A DNA stretch of 54,500 nucleotides, filler included, from Sphacelaria rigidula (lineage: Eukaryota), in the NCBI GenBank assembly GCA_964200075.2. It is 4 parts of 4 records of this genome, joined end to end, with 100 filler letters (N's around TTAATTAATTAA, not from the genome) between each part and the next. Parts side by side here need not be neighbours in the genome. Positions count along the whole stretch, not along the records: positions 40,953 to 54,500 come from CAXNAA020002811.1; 3 more parts are not named here. The stretch is one strand, 5' to 3'. Shown here one piece after another: positions 45,765 through 54,500 of this stretch. The translations under genes were made by a program, and so were the position numbers. The notes beneath the pieces are model-generated. The model had not been told where the DNA came from, made no database searches, and worked only from the letters and a program-made list of their open reading frames with translations. The number at the start of each line of letters is the position of its first letter. Position 1 is the stretch's first letter.

Positions 45765-48272
45765 CTACTTATTTTGCCCGCTGGATACCACCACGGATGC
45801 GAGACCAGAAGGCGCAGACACCCCAAACTCTAACTTTACGTTGTCGCCCTCCTTCACAGACATCACATCAGCCGCAGATGGCGCACCAAATGCCATTTCC
45901 GCCGGCGCTACTCCACGTAGCCGCTTGGCGCTTCTCCTTTCACTGGAGAAACTGCTACCGCAGCTCGCGTCTTTGATGCTAGAATTACCGTTGGCCACGT
46001 TACCATGCAGGATGGATCGTGCAGCAGCCAGTTCGTTGCTTGTCATCCCTTCACAAACACGCGCGGAGAGGAGAGTCATCTCCATCTTCACTTCCATGCA
46101 CCTCGCTGCCCTATCCGGCGAAGCCCCATCTGCTGCCGCAGCGCCCGCGAGCTGTCCCGAGGTGGCCGGCGGCGAGATCGTGGAGTCTATACCGCTTCGC
46201 CTGGCATGACTGGCGCAAGAACTGCGACGGATCTCAACGCTGTGACAAACGTCACTCGCGTTCCGGCCGGCACCGGACGGATGGCTGGGCTTTTTACTAT
46301 CCTTTTTGCCGTGGGTGGTTCTTACTACACAGACCATGCCAGCCAAAGCGTGCGTGGCGCAGAACGCCGCCTTCTCGCTACCCGCTACACCGAATGACGG
46401 CACCGTGGAGCAGCCATCCTCGGCGCACCTCTTGTTTTTCACGTAGACCATGCCAGCCCGAGCGTGTGCGGCGCAGAACTCCACCTTCTTGATACCCGGC
46501 ACCCCAAACGACGGCCTTTTGGAGCAGCCATCCTTGCCGCACCTCCTGTTTTTCACACGGACCATGCCAGCCCGCACGTGTGTGGCGCAGAGCTCCGCGT
46601 TCCCGCCACCCGCTACACCGAATGACGGCACCGTGGAGCAGCCATCCTCGCCGCACCTCCTGGTTTTCACATCGACCATGCCAGCCCGAGCGTTTGCGGT
46701 GCAGAGCTCCGCCTTTTTGCTATCCACTATGCCGAATGACGGCCTAATAGAGCAACAATCCTCAGCGCACCCCTTGTTTTTGACATCGATCATACCAGCC
46801 CGAGCGTGCGTGGCGCAGACCTCCGCCTTTTTGCTACCCGACACACCAAACGACGGCCATTTGGAGCAACCATCCTCGCCGCACCTCTTGTTCTTCACAC
46901 TGAGCATGCCAGCCCGTGCGTGTGTGGCGCAGAGCTTTGCCTTTTTGCTACCCGCTACGCCAAATGATGGCGATGTGAAGCAGCCATCCTCGCCGCACCT
47001 CTTCTTTCTCACATTGACCATGCCAGCCCGCGCGTGTTTCGCGCAGAACGCCGCCTTCCCGCTACCCGCTATGCCGAATGACGGCATCGTGGAGCAGCCA
47101 TCCTCGTCGCACCTCCTGCTTTGCACATCGACCATGCCAGCCCGAGAGTGTGTGGCGCAGAACTCCGCCTTTTTGCTACCCGCTACACCGAAAGACGGCA
47201 CCGTGGAGCAGCCATTCTCGCCGCACCTCCTGCTTTTGATATCGACCATACCAGCCAGAGCGTGTGCTGCGCAGACCACCGCCTCCCCACTACCCGCTAT
47301 GCCGAATGACGGCAATTTAGAGCAGCCATCCTTGGCGCACCTCTTGTTTCTCACACGGACCATGCCAGCCCGCGCGTGTGTGGCGCAGAGCTCCGCTTTT
47401 TTGCTACCCGCTACACCGAAAGACGGCACCGTGGAGCAGCCATCCTCGTCGCATCTTCTGCTTTTCACATCGACCATGCCAGCCCGAGCGTGTGTGGCGC
47501 AGAGCTCCGCCTTTTTGCTACCCGCTACACCGAATGACGGTACCGTGGAGCAGCCATCCTCGCCGCACCTCTTGTTTTTCACATTGACCATGCCAGCCCG
47601 CGCGTGTTTGACGCAGAACTCCGCCTTTTTGCCACTCGCACCGAATGACGGCATCGTGAAGCAGCCCTCCTCGTCGCACCTCCTGGTTTTCACATCGACC
47701 ATGCCAGCCCGAGCGTGCGCAGTGCAGACTTCCGCCTTTTTGCTACCCGCTATGCCGAATAACGGCCTAATAGAGCAACCACCCTCAGCGCACCTCTTGT
47801 TTTTCACATTGACCATGCCAGCCCGAGCGTGCGTGGCGCAGACCTCCGCCTTCTTGCTACCCGGCACACCGAATGACGGCACCGTGGAGCAGCCATCCTC
47901 GTCGCACTCCTTCTTCTTCACAGCAACCATGCCAGCCCGAGCGTGCGTGGCGCAGAGCTCCGCCTTCTCGCTACCCGGCACACCAAACGACGGCCATTTG
48001 GAGCAGCCATCCTCGCCGCACCTCTTGTTCTTCACATTGACCATGCCAGCCCGAGCGTGCGTGGCGCAGAGCTCCGCCTTCTTGCCACCCGGCACACCAA
48101 ATGACGGCAATTTAGAGCAACCATCCTCAGCGCACCTCTTGTTTTTCACATTGACCGTGCCAGCCCGAGCGTGTGTGGCGCAGACCTCCGCCTTCTTGCT
48201 ACCCGGCACACCGAATGACGGCCATGTGGAGCAGCCATCCTCGCCGCATCTCTTGTTCTTCACATTGACCAT
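45765..48272 (-). CDS. EsV-1-7 cysteine-rich repeat protein (17 tandem 38-aa C-x4-C-x16-C-x2-H zinc-finger-like units), 835 aa from the first in-frame ATG
   Basis: Uninterrupted ORF (the track calls it from a GTG at 48320). Consensus unit KNKRCGEDGCSTVPSFGVAGSKKAELCATHARAGMVNV matches the EsV-1-7 motif known from Ectocarpus virus EsV-1 and from brown algal genes such as IMM. The array is followed by a low-complexity C-terminal tail of about 190 aa. Confidence 0.9.
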   Translation of the reverse strand: MVNVKNKRCGEDGCSTWPSFGVPGSKKAEVCATHARAGTVNVKNKRCAEDGCSKLPSFGVPGGKKAELCATHARAGMVNVKNKRCGEDGCSKWPSFGVPGSEKAELCATHARAGMVAVKKKECDEDGCSTVPSFGVPGSKKAEVCATHARAGMVNVKNKRCAEGGCSIRPLFGIAGSKKAEVCTAHARAGMVDVKTRRCDEEGCFTMPSFGASGKKAEFCVKHARAGMVNVKNKRCGEDGCSTVPSFGVAGSKKAELCATHARAGMVDVKSRRCDEDGCSTVPSFGVAGSKKAELCATHARAGMVRVRNKRCAKDGCSKLPSFGIAGSGEAVVCAAHALAGMVDIKSRRCGENGCSTVPSFGVAGSKKAEFCATHSRAGMVDVQSRRCDEDGCSTMPSFGIAGSGKAAFCAKHARAGMVNVRKKRCGEDGCFTSPSFGVAGSKKAKLCATHARAGMLSVKNKRCGEDGCSKWPSFGVSGSKKAEVCATHARAGMIDVKNKGCAEDCCSIRPSFGIVDSKKAELCTANARAGMVDVKTRRCGEDGCSTVPSFGVAGGGNAELCATHVRAGMVRVKNRRCGKDGCSKRPSFGVPGIKKVEFCAAHARAGMVYVKNKRCAEDGCSTVPSFGVAGSEKAAFCATHALAGMVCVVRTTHGKKDSKKPSHPSGAGRNASDVCHSVEIRRSSCASHARRSGIDSTISPPATSGQLAGAAAADGASPDRAARCMEVKMEMTLLSARVCEGMTSNELAAARSILHGNVANGNSSIKDASCGSSFSSERRSAKRLRGVAPAEMAFGAPSAADVMSVKEGDNVKLEFGVSAPSGLASVVVSSGQNK
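46326..48260 (-). repeat. Coding tandem array: 16 x 114 bp + 1 x 111 bp
   Basis: Recurring plus-strand 'gaccatgccagcccgagcgtg..gcgcaga' about every 114 nt. Unit 6 lacks one codon. Unit 14 has His->Asn. Confidence 0.95.
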
Positions 48273-48449
48273 GCCACCGCGAGTGTGTGTGGCGCAGAGC
48301 CCCGCCTCCTTGCTACCCACTACGCCAAACGATAAGCGATGTGAAGCAGCTCTCCTTGCCTGTCACATTGACCATGCCAGCCCACTCCTGTGTGGCCCAG
48401 AACTCCACCTTCTAGCTACCCGCTACGCTGTGCCCTCGTCGGGAACTCC
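48273..48449 (-). pseudogene. Eroded EsV-1-7 repeat units upstream of the ORF (probable 5' UTR or decayed N-terminus)
   Basis: Translates as SVAGS*KVEFWATQEWAGMVNVTGKESCFTS-(frameshift)-SFGVVGSKEAGLCATH: in-frame TAG, Cys->Trp, His->Gln, a deletion and a frameshift. A possible splice acceptor (cccgcag) lies at 48450-48456. Confidence 0.7.
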
Positions 48450-49651
48450 CTGCGGGCACATAGATTGACGATTCCCTTTGCGGCTGTACTGAGAGTACAA
48501 CACAGGGCGTGGGAGCCCCACTGTTGCTACAATCCACACCGCCACACACCTGAGCGCATGTATCAGCTGACCAATACAGCAAAGGCCTGGAAGAATTGAT
48601 CAGCAAGTTCAACGGAAAGTAGTGTCACAAAAAGTGAATCGACCATGTCAGTTTTTTTTTGTCACAAAGACATTCGTGAGCAGTGGTGTTCTCACCACGA
48701 AATTCCAGTCCAACAGGCAAAGAGGACCGGCGTCATTTTTGTGAAAAGCCGAGAGCTGCTTCCGTTACTGCACAACGACGGGGTGAGTGTACAATGGGAG
48801 CAGAGCTTGACAATGAAGGTCTTCACAACTGTCGTACTCAGGTCGCACGTATGGTGTCTGTGCTCACACGGAAAGCTCAACAGATGCCAAAGGAGAGGTT
48901 CGAAAAACGTTTTTCTGCCTCTTCGAGTCAGACTGGGAGAAGAAATAGCCAGTAACGGTGCACGTTTCACTACAAAAAAGTGTTCAGGGCGAATTTGTCA
49001 TAGTGAGAGTATCGTTTGGACCTCTCCACTATCAAAAACGATGTGCCCCTTCAAACTTCATAGCGCAACAAGAGGGAATCGCCCCCAACTTCACCACCAC
49101 GGCCACAGCCAGTCCACGATCGAATAACTCCAACAAGCAAAATGGATCACCCATCAGAACTGTTATGCGTATCACAACGGACCATCCACGAAGTAGTAGC
49201 GCTTGGAATCGCAAGAATCTCTCCGACGCTGCACAAGCAGTACGACACCTGGCTGTATTGTCATTCTCTTACAGGCAACGCCTTGCATCACCGTTGTGAG
49301 TAGCATGTTGCAAAGCCATTACAATGGGGTACTTTACTGTACTACTGTACAACTGACTGTACGGTATCGCTGTACTTCACCGTACCGCAATATACTGTTG
49401 TAGGGCTCTGCAGTGCGCTCTCTGTACTCTACACTGCATATCACTACAGCACCGCAGTGCCCCGTAGTACACCGTAGTGCAGCGAAGCAGCGCAAGCGCA
49501 GTGAAGCGCAACGCACGGCACGGCGGGGCGCCGCAGGGTACAAAACAACAGAGCATTGCCGCTTTCGTTGTACAGTATTTTCGAACTGGACGCTGGTCAG
49601 TCACACATTCGGCGGGGCAACCTGCCACAAATTACTGCGACAAGGAAAAAC

Positions 49652-51497
49652 GGCCAATGGCCCAGAAAAAGTATACCTTCTCGTTTTCTGACCAACGAAG
49701 GTACGAAAAATGGCCAAAAACGCCAAAACAGCACAGCACGCCATCTAGACCGTCGTCGCTCCGCATTTTTCACGTCCATCACCCGGGGGGGGCCTTGGCA
49801 CCCGGGCCCCGAAACAATGACGGATATATATATATATATATATCACTTGCGACATATTGCCAAAACGAAAACGCACATCTCGCCCTCAGAAACCGCTTCT
49901 CCTTTCTAGGTGAGAAATTCACCAGCTACACCTGATTCAGGGATCCTTCTTCAACCGTACCTTATCTGGGCCCTCAATGAGCCAAGAATAACCCCTGTGC
50001 TATGCCATCGCCTTCTACACTGTACCTGATGCGGCACATTCCGCTCATTTGGTATTTACGGACGCCAAAAGGATCACGCCCCTTTCTCCCCGGACATGGT
50101 TGCCGAGTCTCCTGCGTCGGTCTTTTGTGATGCGGGAGGTTGTGGAACAGCGTACTGTTGCGATCTCGGGGCTGGTGTCAGGGGCAAGCGAGGCTCTTGC
50201 GTCACCAACGGACGGTTGTCGCATCAAGGGGATCTGAAGGAAATTTAGTAAAAAACGGTTGGTACTATGGAGATGCCGCCAACCCCAACGCTAACCCTAA
50301 CCCCGACCAAAGCATATCGAGAATCCTTGGGCAAGGGGGATGCAAAATGTTTCTCTAGCAAAGTGTGCGTTACCAGAGCTCAAATCGACGCATTTGAGCA
50401 GAGTTGGGGCCAAGACACGTTCTGGGAGAGCTGGGTCTACTGCTCACCACTGCTCACCTGCCTCGTATCATAGATTTTTTTCAGAACTTTCTTCAGTTTG
50501 AAATCAAGGAATATCGAGTACCAACCATTGTTCACTTACATTTCTTCAGGTCTAGTGGTCGAATCATACATCGATAGTTGGTCCGAGCAACGGATACAGT
50601 TTTGGCCGTCACGCGTACAGAAGCAGGGACAGAACAGTAATAGCATTCAGCATTACAGTACCTCTCGCTGGCCGTTGGTGATTGCTGTGCACGGCGCCGA
50701 CAGAGGTGATAAGTGTACTTCGCGAGTGTTCGTTGGGCGCGCGTAACTCCGTACTGTGCTGCTGAACGCTATTACTGTTGTGTCCCTATTTCTATATGCG
50801 TGACGGCCAGTGCTGCATCCATTGCTTAGACCAACTATCGATGATGCGACAATCGCCCGCTGTTGACGGAAGATCTTAGCTTCACCCCGACACCGGCTTC
50901 GAGATTGCAACGGTACGATGTTTCACAACCCCCCGCATCACACCGCGTTGTGAGTTGTGAGTCCAGTAATAGTGCCGATGCGGAGAGGCTCGGCTACCAA
51001 TATCGGGGAGAGAGGCGTGGTAGTTGTGGTGTGCGTGAACGGCAAATAAGCGGGAAAAGAGCCGAATGTGTGGACGCCATGGTTTGTCTCGGCGCGTAGA
51101 TCCCGCTGCGCGCGATGTGCCGCATCAGGTACAGTGTAGGAAGCGATGGCCTAGCACAGGTACGTTCTCGGCCGATCGGTGGCCCAGATAAGGTTCGATT
51201 GAAGAAGGATTCTTCAATCAGGTATAGTCGGTGAGTGTTTAGCCTAGAAAGGGCAAGCAGTTTCTGGAGGCGAGACATCCGTTTTCGCGTGGCCATATAT
51301 CGCAGGTAACTTGTTTTCTTTCTCGCTTATTTTTCCGAAGTCCGGGTGCAAAGGCCCCCTCCTAGTGACGTGCGTGAAAAATTCGGAGCGAAAACAGTGT
51401 AAATGGCATGTTTTTTGTTGTTTTCACGTTTCTGGTTATTTTCCGTCCCTTTGTTGGGCAAAACACGAGAAGGTATACATTTTCTAGGCCATTGCCC
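49652..51497. mobile_element. Foldback/Mutator-like non-autonomous element with TIRs of about 570-650 bp
   Basis: 49652-~50225 is a diverged inverted copy of ~50840-51497 (for example tacactgtacctgatgcggcacat / atgtgccgcatcaggtacagtgta). No TSD found. Confidence 0.75.
50272..50520 (+). repeat. Dispersed repeat beginning with degenerate (CCCTAA)n; copies at about 44040-44255+45086-45120 (reverse), and more diverged at about 17250-17405 and 15730-15835 (reverse)
   Basis: gatgccgccaaccccaacgctaaccctaaccccgacc..ctgggtctactgctcaccactgctcacctgcc aligns with the interrupted copy in reverse. Confidence 0.75.
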
Positions 51498-54400
51498 ACA
51501 AACTATTTCAACGCCAAGACACGTCATATCAGCTTCCGCTATAAAGTCTTTAGCGTCCACGTCGAACTTCGAAGAGCTTCCAATCTGGAGTTCTTTCACT
51601 GTGACTCTGTGATGCAAACAAATATTATCTGAAACTTTCCAATGACCACTCCACTGGGTGCTCCTCATCGCAGACATGATACAAGTTGGTACCCTCAGTC
51701 CCACGTGCGCAATATCCCTCAATAATAATACAGTCGGGGTCGTCAGCCCATAGCAGGCGGGTGATTATCAAGAGATCGGTGGCATACGCCGCTTCATCCC
51801 GTAATGGCGTGCTGCCATGGCGTGCTGCCATGCGCTCCCGGAAGACACTACCCTACGAGGTTTGTGCGCATGCTCCAGTTTCGCCTTCCCTCCTTGTTGA
51901 CTTTATTGTGGCGAGTGTTTCCACTCACCACCTGAAGTACGTCCAGCTTGTGACTACGGGTGGATACCCGGCAACTCCGTTAGCGTGCGACCATCAATGA
52001 ACTCGGTGCGAGTACGCAGGGGCTCGTCGGTACTGAGGGCGATGACAGTATGGATTGACAGGGGCATTGTGAGTTGTACCGCACTCCAAACGCGTCACCC
52101 GCCAGGAACTACAAAGGGTGGCATGCCGATGGGGAGCTATACCCGCACCAGTCGCCACGGCCGCCACCCGTCCCGAAATCAGTTAGCACCTTTCAACGCG
52201 GGAGGTGGGCGGCCGAGTATCTTTCCCGGAAGGCGGTGCTACTACGTTCCTGTCATTAGGCTGGAGAGTGTAAATACGGATACCTGTGACTCATTGTAAC
52301 CGGCGCCAACTTATATGGGATGGCGGGGCACTGGGCTTGGGGCTGTGTCGAGACGACACCCGCCTTCCGAAACAGGACTCTCTGGGATATTAGCACCAAC
52401 CGGCGCCCTACCGACACAAGTTGTTCGCACATGAAACAAGGGATGGCAGTTGCTTCGAAACGAGTCTCTAGAGATGCCCAACCCCGAAACAACGCTTCCT
52501 TCAATCCGAGACTTATCGCCAGTACCGTTTTTGCCCAGTTATTTCCCTCGGTTCATCGATACGTTCAGCCGTTTTGACCAACCTTGTACGCCCATAGCGC
52601 TCAGGAAAGGATATCTTCCAACAGATTCCAAACAAAGGGATTGACAAGCATCATGATATCCTCGCTCAGCGTTGAGGGCATACAGAGTTGGTGAAACACA
52701 CTTGAGAAAATATCCACGCAATCGAAGAGCCTAAGATTGGTGAGAAGTTTACGGCCGAATTTTCACATCGGGCAAAGCGCTGTTCGGGGGCTTATCCTCA
52801 TTTGTTTTTTTTCAAACTCGAGTTTCACCAAAACTCCCTTCGGTGCTTCCGGTGGATCATGGGGACAGTAAATGTGCGGCTTCGAGATCAACAGGATCTT
52901 GACCAGCCGTGATATCCAACAAACTCTTGAATAGCTGTACCACAAAGTCATACTCTTGGTGCGTTGATGAGCGCAAGTTATAGTGCGTTTCGAACCCGGG
53001 TTGCTCAAGTGTCGCCGTCGTGATGCGTGGATACAAGAAAAAAAAATACCTTATATTGTCTGCGCGTGGGCTGTGGAGGGCCCATATTGGTCGAATAGTT
53101 ACACTTTTGACATGATATGAGACATCACGTCACCAAGTGGGGTACGAAATATATTTACTAGGGCTCACGGATCGGACGAATTTATTATTTGTCTGAAAAT
53201 TACTTGATTTTAGTGTAATTGATCCGTACCGTACGGACCAGTCCTTAGGCTTTGTTTTCAGCATTACAACCCAGGTACGCGCAGCCCAGACACGTGGAAT
53301 GGCGCAAAAATTGCGTCAAGACCTCGTTGACCACCGGTGAACTTATTTTTCTCTGTTGAGCAATCATGCGGGGAAAATCGTGGAAGTGGTGACTCGAACT
53401 GGGGATGATTCGTCCGAATCGTGGAAAGTTTACGGAATATACCTGCCCCACTGTCGGACAACGCGGGGAACACTGCACGGTCCCTGTTTCTGACGGCGGT
53501 ATTCCACTGTCAAAGTGCACATTGTTTTCGCGAAAAGTGTTGCAACTGCTCCACAAGGACTGTGGGCGCCTCATATTTGCGTGGGAAACGAGCTTTTAGT
53601 GGGGTGGCTGGGCATCGATGGCCCAAACTCGCGCGGGTAAGTGCACGTAAAGTTTGGCTGAAATTCGGGGAATTGTACCCCGTTTGTCCACTGTCCTTTG
53701 GAAAAGGTTGAAAACAGTCCTACAGTACGCATCAAGCGTGGGGATGTGCACTTGTTGGAAAACCTTGTGCCGGTCGATTCAAAGGAGGGGAAAATATTAA
53801 AAAAGAGTCGGGCCGTCCAAATTGAGACTGGGTGAAACGTATGCATAACCATGACGTACGGCTCGCGTGTTCAAAACGTCCATGACTCACAATTTCGGTT
53901 CGAATCACGCAAATGATTTGTGCGAAGATGAGAATGGATTGCTCACAATTACATCCTTCTCGAATGTATACTGGTGTACGAAGCACAGTGCTTCCCTGCG
54001 TTTGTGAGATCTCTCCCAGAAACGAAACGGGACTGCAACACTGGAGTTATCTACAACTCTGAACCGGAGGAGACGTGTGGATGCACCGACTTGTGGCGTG
54101 TTCGTGAGTGCGCCGATCATACTGCGACAACCACTACGCGGCGCCCCTGTGGAGCATGCTGCAATCAATGTACAGAGGGACATCTGCTCCATCCCTGCGG
54201 TATATTTGTACAGGTCTGTGCGCGTGTTCCGATTGATGTGTCTCCGACCATCCCCTGAAAACGGTAGATAAAACAGCTGAGGAGGCAAAGTCGGGAACAT
54301 GCCTCAAGCATAACCCTTTGCCCTCCAGACACCCAGAGCCTGCTTGCGTGAAGGTTGTTCGTTTGCCACGAGTTGTGATGTGTCACTGGCATCAGGTAAC

Positions 54401-54500
54401 CCTCCGGTTTTTCGGGGGGGGGGGGGGGGGCCTCATCCATTTTATAGGAAACTGGTGTAAAAGAGAACTTTTTTTTTGGTGTTTCGCCTATATGAACCGC

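Larger units (their letters stand above)
49560..51650 (+). pseudogene. Degenerate Ty1/copia RNase H remnant split by the foldback element
   Basis: Left of the insertion: VQYFR..QPATNYCDK. Right of it: TNYFNAKTRHISFRYKVF..FFHCDSVMQTNII. Together these resemble the copia motif P..IYCDN..N.(F)H.RTKHID.RYHF..ADILTK. Confidence 0.55.

Noticed and set aside
45765-48449. Integrated phaeovirus (EsV-1-like provirus)
   Set aside because: No other viral genes or gene-dense region; the flanks are host transposons. EsV-1-7 repeats are a known host gene family in brown algae.
46450-48468. 672-aa plus-strand ORF antisense to the EsV-1-7 array
   Set aside because: It is the shadow of a tandem coding repeat: one stop-free unit gives a stop-free array. 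The conserved Cys/His pattern is on the minus strand.

Overview
Eukaryotic, intron-rich and transposon-rich DNA, most likely from a brown alga (Phaeophyceae). That assignment is inferred from an EsV-1-7 repeat gene, the many short exons and the TTAGGG-like repeats. The window is four unlinked contigs of about 13.55 kb (1-13552, 13653-27203, 27304-40852, 40953-54500) joined by artificial N-TTAATTAATTAA-N spacers. Contig 1 carries a partial minus-strand gene with 17-18 exons encoding a VPS9 (Rab5-family GEF) domain followed by about 15 ankyrin repeats, with SINEs in its introns. Contig 2 is almost entirely non-autonomous DNA transposons and minisatellite-filled elements. Contig 3 has exons of an unidentified minus-strand gene plus SINE, LINE and MITE copies. 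Contig 4 has an intronless 835-aa ORF with 17 tandem 38-aa EsV-1-7 (C-x4-C-x16-C-x2-H) repeats. The most interesting signal is in that array: on a near-invariant scaffold, variation peaks at a di-residue (GC[S/F]-xx-P: TW, KL, KW, TV, IR, TM, TS, KR) and at one linker position, and the C-terminal tail has NLS-like and SUMO-like motifs. This makes it a candidate TALE/PPR-like modular, code-based nucleic-acid reader, which is a hypothesis only. Most short ORFs in the supplied track look spurious.
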